49,117 nucleotides of DNA from the sequence record SRR31156797_472. One strand, written 5' to 3'. How positions within the stretch are numbered: position 1 is the first letter of the stretch; every line of letters begins with the position of its first letter. Positions 20,443 to 30,481 of this stretch are shown in pieces. The translations under genes and the position numbers were made by a program. A model generated the notes under the pieces. That model had not been told where the DNA came from. It ran no database searches and worked only from the letters and a program-made list of their open reading frames with translations.

Positions 20443-21919
20443 AAAATATTGGGATTTTATTTCTCATCCAATACTAAATACTAATGATTGTGAAAAATAT
20501 GCGATTGATACACTTAAAAAAAGAGTTAAGTTTTTTCTTCCAGATTTTGAATACAAAAACAAAAACAATCTACAACATGAAGAAATAGTTTTCATTTTAT
20601 TTAATTTATCTAATCCCTTATTTGATGAAGTTGAATTAATCAAAGCTTTAAAATATTTATATACTCAAAATGAATTAAAAATAAAATTCGAAGGTCTTGT
20701 TCCAGGAAGTTCAGTATGCTATATAGCTAAAACAAAAACTAGTAATCTAGATATATTAAGAGTTAAAACTATTGTTAGTGATATAAATAAAGATTATAAT
20801 ACACAACTAAATTTATTAAAACCTAAAAGACAAAAGATTTTTAAATTTTTAGTTACAAGAATTGATGACTTTTCTATAAAACCCTTGTATGAGCTATTAG
20901 ATTGGTTTGGAGAAGATGAAGGGATTAAATATATTCTTTCCTATGGAGAAGATGTTATATTGAACCATAATTCTCAATGTCCATATTGCAACTCAACTAA
21001 TATTTATCCTATATTTCAAACAGTATCCCATCCCACAATTGGTTTTTTAACTAATAAATCTCATTACTATTCAAGGTGTAACAGCTGTGGACTTGTTTTT
21101 TTAAAATACTCTTTCCAAGAACATGATTTACATAAAATTTATGATGAATATGAAACAGAAATAAATACTCGTGAAACAAATATAGATGAAATAAATTCGA
21201 GCAACACTTCACATTATGAAAACTATATTGCCTCGTATCAATATATTAAAAACAACTATGAAAACAATTTAAACTTACTTGACATCGGTTGTGGAAGATG
21301 TCAATTTATTACTTTAAGTAGATCTCACTTTGCCAATGCTTATATAAAAGGAGTTGACTTTGATATTCCAGATATATTCAAACAAAAGTTAACTAATTTA
21401 CAAATAGACTTTCAAGAAGGTAATATTATAGATATCATTCAAAATGAAACTAAAAAATACCATATTATCACATTTTGGGAAGTTATTGAACACCTACCTA
21501 TTAATAAACTTGATGACTTTTTTAAAAATGCATTAAATTTACTTGAAAAGGATGGGTCTATTATATTTTCTACCCCTGATTATGATGATCCTGTATCACA
21601 AATGTTTGATTTCGGATTAACTATGCCGATTCACCATCTTAGTATTTTCTCTAAAAAATGGTTGCAATTTTTTATAGAAAAAAATGGTGGTTATATAGCT
21701 GATGAATTTAGAGAATCTGTAAGTTTGAAAGAAAATTCAGGCTGGATTGACTATTATATAGAAAATTCTCATACTAAAAGTTATCACAGTATTGCCAAAA
21801 TTTTTAAAGTACTTACCTCTCATAAAGATTTACAAATGCAATTTATGAATATGCTAAGATATGAGAAGATCGGTTCTGAATTAATATTAGTAGTAAAAAA
21901 AGGATCAAAAAATGAGTAA
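20432..21919 (+). CDS. Class I SAM methyltransferase with Zn-ribbon and ~150-aa N-terminal extension (non-canonical start)
   Basis: CPYC...CNSC, LDIGCGRC, WEVIEHL, STPD. The frame is stop-free from 20402, and AAGGAG at 20420-20425 precedes in-frame ATC/ATA codons. The ORF track starts only at TTG 20885. Confidence 0.78.
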   Translation: MISKKYWDFISHPILNTNDCEKYAIDTLKKRVKFFLPDFEYKNKNNLQHEEIVFILFNLSNPLFDEVELIKALKYLYTQNELKIKFEGLVPGSSVCYIAKTKTSNLDILRVKTIVSDINKDYNTQLNLLKPKRQKIFKFLVTRIDDFSIKPLYELLDWFGEDEGIKYILSYGEDVILNHNSQCPYCNSTNIYPIFQTVSHPTIGFLTNKSHYYSRCNSCGLVFLKYSFQEHDLHKIYDEYETEINTRETNIDEINSSNTSHYENYIASYQYIKNNYENNLNLLDIGCGRCQFITLSRSHFANAYIKGVDFDIPDIFKQKLTNLQIDFQEGNIIDIIQNETKKYHIITFWEVIEHLPINKLDDFFKNALNLLEKDGSIIFSTPDYDDPVSQMFDFGLTMPIHHLSIFSKKWLQFFIEKNGGYIADEFRESVSLKENSGWIDYYIENSHTKSYHSIAKIFKVLTSHKDLQMQFMNMLRYEKIGSELILVVKKGSKNE

Positions 21920-22514
21920 TATAATAGGTCTCATAAATTATGGTGTAGCTGGTAATATTCATAGTATAGAAAAAGCAATTAAAAAAGCTGGAGGAACCAT
22001 ACATATAGTAAATAATAAAGATGACTTAGATTTGGTGGATAAAATTATCATTCCAGGGGTAGGAAGCTTTAAAGATGCTATAATTGAACTTGAAAAAGAT
22101 GAACTTTTAGCACCCTTAAAAAAACATATTCAAAATAAGTATACCCTTGGAATTTGTCTTGGAATGCAAATTCTTGCAACCTTAGGATTTGAATATGGTA
22201 AAATGGAAGGATTAGATGTTATAACAGGTGAAGTAAGACCGATATTAGTAGATGCAAAAATACCCCATATGGGATTTAATACTATAGATTTAGTAAAAGC
22301 AAATTCACTTTTAAGTGGTTTAGAAAATGAAGAGTTTTATTTTATGCATTCATATGAAATGACTAATTATACAAATATAACTTCATTAAGTGATTATTCT
22401 GGTCATAAGTTTGTATCATCTGTTCAAAAAGATAATATTTATGGTGTACAGTTTCACCCTGAAAAAAGTCGTGAAGCTGGAATAAAATTATTCAAAAACT
22501 TTATAGACTTATAA
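21912..22514 (+). CDS. HisH-like glutamine amidotransferase (WbuY-type), copy 1
   Basis: PGVGSF, GICLGMQ, PHMGFN, QFHPEKS; catalytic triad intact. Confidence 0.9.
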   Translation: MSNIIGLINYGVAGNIHSIEKAIKKAGGTIHIVNNKDDLDLVDKIIIPGVGSFKDAIIELEKDELLAPLKKHIQNKYTLGICLGMQILATLGFEYGKMEGLDVITGEVRPILVDAKIPHMGFNTIDLVKANSLLSGLENEEFYFMHSYEMTNYTNITSLSDYSGHKFVSSVQKDNIYGVQFHPEKSREAGIKLFKNFIDL

Positions 22515-22524
22515 GAAATATTCA

Positions 22525-23742
22525 ATGGAAAAACTATTTGGGAAATATGGACTTCCTTTAGAAGTAAAATATTGTAAAAAATGTACTATGAGTAACCAAA
22601 GACCATCCTCTAGTATAGAGTTTAAAAATAAACCTGATGATATAAAAAGAGCTATTTCTTTTGGAGATGATGGTATCTGTGAAGCTTGTAAATATGCAGA
22701 AAAGAAAAAAACAATTAACTGGGAAGAGAGACATGAACAACTTAAAATATTATGTAATAAATTTAGACGCCATGATGGAAGATACGATGTTATAATTCCT
22801 GGAAGTGGTGGAAAAGATAGTGTTCAAGCAGCACATTTATTAAAATATAAATATAATATGAACCCTATACTAATTACATGGCCTCCTGCTTTGTATACAG
22901 ATATAGGAAGAAGAAATTTTGATTCATGGTTAAATGCTGGCTTTGCAAACTACACATACAATCAAAATAAAAAACTCCATAGATTCCTTACAAAGAATGC
23001 ATTTTTAAACCTTGGACACCCTTTTCAACCTTTTATTTTAGGTCAAAAAAATTTAGCACCTAGACTTTCTGTATTGTTTGATATCCCTTTAGTAGTATTT
23101 GGAGAAAATGAAGCAGAATATGGAAATGCTATTGAAGAGAATGAAAAACCAACTAGAGATCCTAAGTACTATAGTGCAGAATTCAATATAAAAGATTTAA
23201 TTTTAGGAGGAATACCAGCTATAGAATTGATTGAACATCATAACTTTAAATTATCAGATCTAGAAGCATATTTACCAGTAAATCCTTATGCAATTCAAAA
23301 AACAAGAACAGAAGTTCATTATTTAGGATACTATGTGAAATGGCATCCTCAAGAGACCTATTACTATTCCGTTGAAAATACAGACTTTATGCCAAATGAA
23401 CATCGAACAGAAGGTAGTTTTAGTAAATACAGTTCATTAGATGATAAAATTGATTGGCTTCATTATCATACAACTACTATTAAATTTGGTATAGGTAGAG
23501 CCACATATGATTCGGCACAAGAAGTAAGAAATGGTGATATTACACGAGATGAGGGAATTGCATTAATTAAAAGATTTGATGGTGAGTTTCCTAAACAATA
23601 CATAAAAGATTGTTGTGATTATATGGATATATCTCTAGAGAATTATCATGAAACAATTGAGAAATTTAGAACTCCTCATTTATGGGAAAAACATAATGAA
23701 AAATGGGAATTAAAATATCCTATATGGAAAGAAAATGTTTAA
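22525..23742 (+). CDS. N-acetyl sugar amidotransferase (WbuX/PtmG/PseA family), copy 1
   Basis: CKKC...CEAC Zn motif, PP-loop SGGKDS, GENEAEYG, SLDDK, KFGIGRA. Confidence 0.88.
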   Translation: MEKLFGKYGLPLEVKYCKKCTMSNQRPSSSIEFKNKPDDIKRAISFGDDGICEACKYAEKKKTINWEERHEQLKILCNKFRRHDGRYDVIIPGSGGKDSVQAAHLLKYKYNMNPILITWPPALYTDIGRRNFDSWLNAGFANYTYNQNKKLHRFLTKNAFLNLGHPFQPFILGQKNLAPRLSVLFDIPLVVFGENEAEYGNAIEENEKPTRDPKYYSAEFNIKDLILGGIPAIELIEHHNFKLSDLEAYLPVNPYAIQKTRTEVHYLGYYVKWHPQETYYYSVENTDFMPNEHRTEGSFSKYSSLDDKIDWLHYHTTTIKFGIGRATYDSAQEVRNGDITRDEGIALIKRFDGEFPKQYIKDCCDYMDISLENYHETIEKFRTPHLWEKHNEKWELKYPIWKENV

Positions 23743-24781
23743 TTTAAATGATATTACCGTTCTATCTTCAATCTCCATTCGTGATGTTTTAGATATTATA
23801 GACAAAAGCTCTAAACAAATTGCATTAGTTGTTGATCAAAACTATCAATTAATTGGAACCGTAAGTGATGGCGATGTAAGAAGAGCACTTTTAAAAGGAT
23901 ATAATTTATCTGATGAGATTAAAGATATTTATTTCAAAGAACCTACCACAGCAAAAATAACTGATTCTAAGGAATCAATAATTAGACTTGCAACAAGAAA
24001 AAAAATCCATCAAATACCAATAATTGATGAAAATGGGATTTTAGTTGGATTAGATATTCTAGATGAATTAATTGAGGAAAAATCTAAATTAAATAAAGTT
24101 GTTCTTATGGTAGGAGGATTGGGAACAAGACTCAGACCACTTACAGAAAAAATTCCAAAACCTATGCTAAAAGTAGGGAATAAACCCATCCTTCAAACCA
24201 TTATAGAAAAGTTTGCAGATTATGGATATATTAATATAATTATGTGTGTTAATTATAAATCACATATTATTCAAAGTTATTTTGAAGATGGAAGTAAGTT
24301 TGGAGTAAATATAGAATATGTTTTAGAAAAGAATCGTATGGGGACTGCTGGTGCTCTTAGTTTACTAAAAGGAAAACTTGAAGAACCTTTTTTTGTCATG
24401 AATGGAGACATATTAACAAATATAAACTTTGAACACTTACATAATTATCATTTATTAAATAATTCTGTTGGAACTATGTGTGTAAGAGAATATGATTTGC
24501 AAGTTCCATATGGTGTAGTTAATATTAATCAAAATAAAATAAGTTCAATTGAGGAAAAACCTATTCATAAATTTTTTGTGAATGCTGGTATTTATATATT
24601 AAATCCTGAAGTATTAAAAATTGTACCTCAAAATAAATTTTATGATATGCCAACTCTTTTTGAAAAGCTTATAAATGAAAAACAAAAAGTAACCTCCTTT
24701 CTTTTACAAGAATATTGGATAGACATTGGAAGAATGGAAGAATTTAAAAAAGCAAATCTTGACTATGATGAAGTATTCTAA
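23735..24781 (+). CDS. CBS-domain sugar-1-phosphate nucleotidyltransferase (PtmE/LegX-like)
   Basis: N-terminal CBS pair (DGDVRR), GGLGTRLRPLT, PKPML, NGDIL, WIDIG. Confidence 0.9.
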   Translation: MFNLNDITVLSSISIRDVLDIIDKSSKQIALVVDQNYQLIGTVSDGDVRRALLKGYNLSDEIKDIYFKEPTTAKITDSKESIIRLATRKKIHQIPIIDENGILVGLDILDELIEEKSKLNKVVLMVGGLGTRLRPLTEKIPKPMLKVGNKPILQTIIEKFADYGYINIIMCVNYKSHIIQSYFEDGSKFGVNIEYVLEKNRMGTAGALSLLKGKLEEPFFVMNGDILTNINFEHLHNYHLLNNSVGTMCVREYDLQVPYGVVNINQNKISSIEEKPIHKFFVNAGIYILNPEVLKIVPQNKFYDMPTLFEKLINEKQKVTSFLLQEYWIDIGRMEEFKKANLDYDEVF

Positions 24782-25476
24782 TGTATAAAGATAAAACATT
24801 TTTAGCAATAATACCTGCACGTGGGGGAAGTAAAAGAATCCCTAGAAAAAATATTATTGATTTAGCTGGAAAGCCCCTAATAGTTTGGAGTATAGAAGCA
24901 GGACTTAAAAGTAAATATATTGATAAAGTAGCTGTTTCAAGTGATGATGATGAAATCTTAAATATTGCGAAGAGATATCAAGTAGAAACTATAAAACGTC
25001 CTGATAAACTTTCAAATGATACAGCTACAACTTTTGACACGATAAAGCATTCTTTAGAAAATCTTGAAAAATACGACTACATAGTAGTACTGCAACCTAC
25101 TAGTCCTCTAAGAAATGAATATCATATAGATAATGCGATTGAACTATTAGAAGAAAAAAAAGCAGATGCAATCATTAGTGTATGTGAAATGAAGCATAGT
25201 CCATTATGGAGTAATACTTTACCCAATAATGGTGATATGAGTAATTTTATAAAAGATGATATAAAAAATAAAAGAAGCCAAGATTTAGAGAAATATTACA
25301 GAATAAATGGTGCTATATATATTAATAAAATAGATAGGTTATTAAGAGAAAAAACATTTTTTTTCAAGAGTGATATTTTTGCTTACTTGATGAATAGAGA
25401 AAACTCCATTGATATTGATGAACCTATAGATTTTCAATTATCAGATTATTACATAAAAGCAATATATGGATTATAA
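24781..25476 (+). CDS. legF: CMP-nonulosonate synthetase (LegF/NeuA)
   Basis: IPARGGSKRIPRKN, LQPTSPLR, NGAIY, SIDID. Confidence 0.9.
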   Translation: MYKDKTFLAIIPARGGSKRIPRKNIIDLAGKPLIVWSIEAGLKSKYIDKVAVSSDDDEILNIAKRYQVETIKRPDKLSNDTATTFDTIKHSLENLEKYDYIVVLQPTSPLRNEYHIDNAIELLEEKKADAIISVCEMKHSPLWSNTLPNNGDMSNFIKDDIKNKRSQDLEKYYRINGAIYINKIDRLLREKTFFFKSDIFAYLMNRENSIDIDEPIDFQLSDYYIKAIYGL

Positions 25477-25548
25477 AATATAGTATAAATAAATACCTAT
25501 ATAAAGGCAAGTAACAGATAGTTAAGATATTATTAATAGACAGATTTC

Positions 25549-25554
25549 TATAAT
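25549..25554 (+). promoter_or_regulatory. Candidate sigma70 -10 box for the second half of the island
   Basis: TATAAT in the 180-bp gap between legF and the B12 radical SAM gene; AT-rich context weakens it. Confidence 0.3.
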
Positions 25555-25656
25555 GTTCATTAAAAATTATTAGTTAGAGAATTTTTATAACATAATCTTA
25601 ATAGAAAAAATATTGAACTTATTAGAAGGTTGCATTAAAATTAAAATGAGAAAACT

Positions 25657-27684
25657 ATGTCAAAAAGAAAAATAATCTTAATAGATCCAGCATATTTTAA
25701 TAAATACTCTGTATCTTTCCTAACTGTACCTCTAGGAATTGGTTATTTAAGTTCTTATATAACTAACTGTTACGGGGAAGATAATGTAAGCATATCTATT
25801 TATAAAAATCCTGATAGTGCTTTAAAAGATATACGTTCAATAAAACCAGATATTGTTGGGCTATCACTCTTTTACTGGAATGCCTCTTTGGTAAAATTGA
25901 TTATAAAAAGAATTAGACAATTATATGGTAAAAATGTCTGTATAGTACTTGGTGGACAATCAATAGATGACCTTCCAGACTTACAAAATAATATACTACT
26001 TGATACCGGGGCTGATGCATTAATACCTGGAGAGGGAGAACTTGGTTTTTCTAATCTAGTGAAACATTTTATCTCATCTACATACCCTTATAAATTATAT
26101 CCTCCTTTAGATGGTGTAATATACCATCCTTTTTATAATATAGAAAAGAAAAAATCAATAAACTTTGATACTGACCTCTCCAATATCCCTTCACCTTATT
26201 TAAATGGTAACCTCGATAAATTTTTAAATGGAACCTATCAGCCTATTATTCAAACAAGTAGATTATGCCCTTATACATGTGTATTTTGTACTGTAGGAAA
26301 AAACAATGGAAAGTTAAGGGCATTTGACCTAAACACAGTTTCTGACGAGATTGAATATATTGCTGATAGAATGAAAAAGTTCCCAATAAAAACTCTACTT
26401 TTATCGGATGATAATTTTGGGATATTTGACAGAGATGAACAAATTGCAGAATTTATTGTCAAAGCAAATGAAAAATATGGTTACCCAAAAAGTGTTTATT
26501 TTTACAGCGATAAAAACTTCACTGAAAGTTCGAAAAATGTAGTAAAAATATTAAAAAACTTAAGTTCACAAGGACTTGCCATCGCATTGCAATCAGATAA
26601 TATAGACACATTAAAAGCAGTAAAAAGGAAAAACCTCTCAAGTGAAAAGATTGATGCTGCCATACAATGGGCATCAGAAAACAATATACATACTACTACA
26701 GAATTATTATTTGGACTACCTTTTGAAACAAAAGATAGTTTTACCCAAAGTATGGCACATATTGTCCAAAAAGGTATCGATTCTGTCTTATGTCATAATG
26801 TATTTGTACTCCCTGGTTCAGAAATGGATCGTCCCTATTATAGACAAGAACATAGACTAAAAACAAAATATAGGTTATTAGCAACTAATTATGCTGAAAT
26901 TGAAGGCAACTTTGCAGCAGAAGTTGATGAAGTTGTCATTGGCAGTAAAGATTTTGGATTTGATGATTTCTTAGTCATTAGACAACTAAATTTTATGTTT
27001 TATACAGTATTCACACTTGATTTTTATAAATGGTTTTTCCAACTTTTAAGACTTGAAAATATCGATATCATTAAAATATTTAGTTACTTTATGAATCCAG
27101 ACCCTACTATGTTATGGCCTTCAAAATATCTCAACTTTATAGATGATTTCAATAATGCAATAAAAGATGAATTATTCGATACGAAAGAAGAAGTAATTAA
27201 ACATGCCAAAAAATGTTGGGATGAAAATGCTCAAAAGGTAGGTGAACCTACAAGAATCAATGTTCTATTTGGTGCAAGAATTATCTATATGGAAGATTGG
27301 GTATATGATGTACTTTTGACTATTTTTAAATTTGTCTCTAAAGATAAAAATATTTTAAACAAAGTAAAAGAAATATTATTAATATGTAAAAATGAGAGAA
27401 TTGATTTACGTAATCTCTCACCAAAAAAAAGTATACAATGCAGTTACAACTTGAATGATTGGAAAAAATCTAAGTTCAAAAAGAATATAGATCACTTTTA
27501 TACTGAGAATACCCTTGTTTCTTTTGAATTAGAAAATGATGCAAAAGAAAGTATTATTGCTTTTAATAATGAATTTGGATATCTGAAAAATTTAGATTAT
27601 TATTATAATGCTCTAGATATCATTTCCCCAAGACATAAAACTTTACATAAATTAGAAATGCTAAAATCAGTAAAACCTATATAA
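25657..27684 (+). CDS. Cobalamin-binding radical SAM protein (class B methyltransferase-like)
   Basis: PLGIGYL, DIVGLS, VLGG, GEGE, TSRLCPYTCVFC, DDNF, LFGLPFET. Confidence 0.88.
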   Translation: MSKRKIILIDPAYFNKYSVSFLTVPLGIGYLSSYITNCYGEDNVSISIYKNPDSALKDIRSIKPDIVGLSLFYWNASLVKLIIKRIRQLYGKNVCIVLGGQSIDDLPDLQNNILLDTGADALIPGEGELGFSNLVKHFISSTYPYKLYPPLDGVIYHPFYNIEKKKSINFDTDLSNIPSPYLNGNLDKFLNGTYQPIIQTSRLCPYTCVFCTVGKNNGKLRAFDLNTVSDEIEYIADRMKKFPIKTLLLSDDNFGIFDRDEQIAEFIVKANEKYGYPKSVYFYSDKNFTESSKNVVKILKNLSSQGLAIALQSDNIDTLKAVKRKNLSSEKIDAAIQWASENNIHTTTELLFGLPFETKDSFTQSMAHIVQKGIDSVLCHNVFVLPGSEMDRPYYRQEHRLKTKYRLLATNYAEIEGNFAAEVDEVVIGSKDFGFDDFLVIRQLNFMFYTVFTLDFYKWFFQLLRLENIDIIKIFSYFMNPDPTMLWPSKYLNFIDDFNNAIKDELFDTKEEVIKHAKKCWDENAQKVGEPTRINVLFGARIIYMEDWVYDVLLTIFKFVSKDKNILNKVKEILLICKNERIDLRNLSPKKSIQCSYNLNDWKKSKFKKNIDHFYTENTLVSFELENDAKESIIAFNNEFGYLKNLDYYYNALDIISPRHKTLHKLEMLKSVKPI

Positions 27685-27717
27685 AATTATAAATGATTAT
27701 ACTAAAGAAGAATTTCA

Positions 27718-29109
27718 ATGAATAATGCATCCAATAATCTTGATCTCATAAAAGAAATAGAATCTAAATTTGATATAAATAGTTGGAATTATGATGGGAT
27801 AAACTTATGGCCATTAATTAAAATATTTTTAGGTGTAAATATATTTAGCTTAGATATGAAAATATCATTGAATAAATCTAAATCTACTCCTTCAAAATCT
27901 TTAAAAAAAAATACTTATGTCATAGATAAAAAATATGACCTTATTCTTTTCTCCCATGAATTATCAAAAATAAAAGTTGATAATTCATGGTATGATTATT
28001 TAATGTCACCAATTATTGAAGTAGCATCAGGTATTGGATTAAATAGTTTATATTTAGAATATTTAAATAACCCAAATACTGAGATAAAACTGATTGATAA
28101 TCAAAATAACTATTTTTTTAGTGATAATTTACAAACCATCTTCGAGGATCCTAATAACCTTGACATTAAAAATACAAACTGGAATGATTTTGATAAGTTT
28201 TTAAGCTTTTTAAAACAAAATATACCAAATTTACAAAGACCATCTATAGAAAAAACTATTATGAAATATAAGAAAATATCTAACTTATCAAAAAAACTTT
28301 TACCTATTCTAAAACAAGTAAACCCAAAACTCATCCTAATGATTGACTTTTATAATGAATTTGGCTTTGCAATGACATTGGCAGCTAAATCTCTAAAAAT
28401 TAAAACAGTAGATTTACAACATGGTACAATAGACTCTACACATTACGCATATAACCATTGGAATTGTTTATCCAAAACAAATTATCATTTATTACCAGAT
28501 TTTATATGGGTATGGAATGATTATAGTTATAATATATCAATAAATGGAAACCTGAATGCTATAAAAGGTGGGCATCCTTTTTTTAATAAAGTTTTTTTTA
28601 ATAATATACAAAACAAAAGTAATACTATAAAGGCAAAAATATTATTTACTTTGCAACCAGATTATAATCAAGAATTAGATAGAATGAAAGATATTATATG
28701 TGATTTAGGAAATAATTTTGACTATTTAGTTAAATTACATCCGTGTTCAATTTCTGATGATAAAAATGTTCAAATGTATTTTGATAAACATGATCTAAAT
28801 GTGGATGTTATAAATACTTCATCAAAACATCTTTATCAGTTATTTGATAATGTAAAATACCATATAACATTTTATTCAAGTAGCTGTATTGAGGCATGTT
28901 CGTTTAATATACCTACTATTTTTTTAGGACAATTTGCAAAAAATGGATTTAAATCTTTATTTGATACAAACTGGGCTATTTCACTGAATGACTTTGAAAA
29001 TATTTTTAAAGCAATTGATCATTTAAAGAATAATAATAAGTATTCTAATGATATGATTTTAAATCCTATAGATATGAAAAAAGTTTTAAACTATTTGATT
29101 AAAAACTAA
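27718..29109 (+). CDS. Putative GT-B glycosyltransferase, possible nonulosonate transferase
   Basis: DLQHG, LPDFIWVW, VKLHP, TFYSSSCIEA (HP and SS motifs as in CMP-sugar transferases). Confidence 0.55.
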   Translation: MNNASNNLDLIKEIESKFDINSWNYDGINLWPLIKIFLGVNIFSLDMKISLNKSKSTPSKSLKKNTYVIDKKYDLILFSHELSKIKVDNSWYDYLMSPIIEVASGIGLNSLYLEYLNNPNTEIKLIDNQNNYFFSDNLQTIFEDPNNLDIKNTNWNDFDKFLSFLKQNIPNLQRPSIEKTIMKYKKISNLSKKLLPILKQVNPKLILMIDFYNEFGFAMTLAAKSLKIKTVDLQHGTIDSTHYAYNHWNCLSKTNYHLLPDFIWVWNDYSYNISINGNLNAIKGGHPFFNKVFFNNIQNKSNTIKAKILFTLQPDYNQELDRMKDIICDLGNNFDYLVKLHPCSISDDKNVQMYFDKHDLNVDVINTSSKHLYQLFDNVKYHITFYSSSCIEACSFNIPTIFLGQFAKNGFKSLFDTNWAISLNDFENIFKAIDHLKNNNKYSNDMILNPIDMKKVLNYLIKN

Positions 29110-29132
29110 TAATATCATTTAAAGAGAGTATA

Positions 29133-29705
29133 ATGAATATAGGTATTATTGATTATGGAATTAATAATATAGTTACATTAACTAATACATTACATAAATT
29201 AGACGTCAAGTATGGAATTATTCATCATTCTGAGGATATAAAAAAATATGATAAACTCATTCTTCCTGGAATTGGTAGTTTTGATGAAGCTCATAACTCA
29301 TTGTTACATATAAAAGATCAACTTAAAAAAGTTGTTTTAGAAGATAAAAAACCTATTTTAGGAATATGTTTAGGAATGCAACTTTTTGGAAACACAAGTC
29401 AAGAAGGGGTAGAAGAAGGCTTAAAGTTTATAGATGGAGAGACACATAAACTACAAGGTGACTCCCATCATAATATTCCACATATTGGATTTAACTATGT
29501 GGAAAATAAAAGATATTATTTTTCTCATTCTTATTACATGAAATTAAATACTACGAAAAATTGTAAAATTTCATATACCCATTATAAAAATAATATAGTT
29601 GCTATAATTGAAAAAAACAATATTTTAGGGGTACAATTTCACCCTGAAACAAGTGGGAAAGATGGTCTAGATTTTTTAAAATACTTTATCAAGGAATTTC
29701 ATTGA
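29133..29705 (+). CDS. HisH-like glutamine amidotransferase, copy 2
   Basis: IIDYG, LPGIGSF, GICLGMQ, QFHPE. Confidence 0.88.
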   Translation: MNIGIIDYGINNIVTLTNTLHKLDVKYGIIHHSEDIKKYDKLILPGIGSFDEAHNSLLHIKDQLKKVVLEDKKPILGICLGMQLFGNTSQEGVEEGLKFIDGETHKLQGDSHHNIPHIGFNYVENKRYYFSHSYYMKLNTTKNCKISYTHYKNNIVAIIEKNNILGVQFHPETSGKDGLDFLKYFIKEFH

Positions 29706-30481
29706 TTCCTTTACGAATTATCCCTTTAATTTTATTAGATAAGAATAAAGTTGTAAAAACAAAACAGTTTAAATTTGATAAATACATTGGTGACCCAATA
29801 AATAGTATTAAAATTTTCAATGATAAAAACATTGATGAAATAGTAATCATTGATATTAGTGCAACAAAGTTAAACAGAATCAATTTTAATCTTTTATCTC
29901 AAATGAGAGAAGAGTTTCAATTACCTGTATCTTATGGAGGATTTATTTCCAATATCTCTGATGCAAAAAAACTCATTGAACTGGGAATTGAAAAAATTAT
30001 ATTAAATACAAACTCTTTCAACTATACTTTAATAGAAAAACTAGTAAAAAAATTTGGTTCTCAGAGCATATCAATTTGTATTGATATACAAAAAATAAAT
30101 GGAAAATATTTTTTATATAATTACACAACAAACTCAACTTATTCTATTACTATTAAAGAACATTTAACAATACTTCAAAACCTAGAAGTAGGAGAAATAA
30201 TAATTCAAAATGTAGATAAAGATGGAATGATGAATGGATATGATATAGAGCTTTTAACTTATTGTAAAAATTTAATTAACTGTGAAATAGTTTGTTTAGG
30301 GGGCATGGGAAATTTAAATGACATATCCAAAGTTACAAATGAAACGGCAATCAAATCATTTGCTATAGGGTCTTACTTTTTATATACTTCAAAATTAAAA
30401 AGTGTCTTGTTAAACTATATTAGTAAAGAAGATAGAGCTTACATTATTAAAAATATTAAAAATGGACAAAAATATGTCTAA
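29702..30481 (+). CDS. HisF-like protein (AglZ/WbuZ type), copy 2
   Basis: RIIPLILL, VKTKQF..KYIGDPIN, DE, YGG, DKDG..NGYD. TTG start after AAGGA. Confidence 0.85.
   Translation: MIPLRIIPLILLDKNKVVKTKQFKFDKYIGDPINSIKIFNDKNIDEIVIIDISATKLNRINFNLLSQMREEFQLPVSYGGFISNISDAKKLIELGIEKIILNTNSFNYTLIEKLVKKFGSQSISICIDIQKINGKYFLYNYTTNSTYSITIKEHLTILQNLEVGEIIIQNVDKDGMMNGYDIELLTYCKNLINCEIVCLGGMGNLNDISKVTNETAIKSFAIGSYFLYTSKLKSVLLNYISKEDRAYIIKNIKNGQKYV

Noticed and set aside
18873-30481. hisF/hisH as histidine biosynthesis genes
   Set aside because: Each pair accompanies a WbuX-type amidotransferase in a glycan cluster and no other his genes are present
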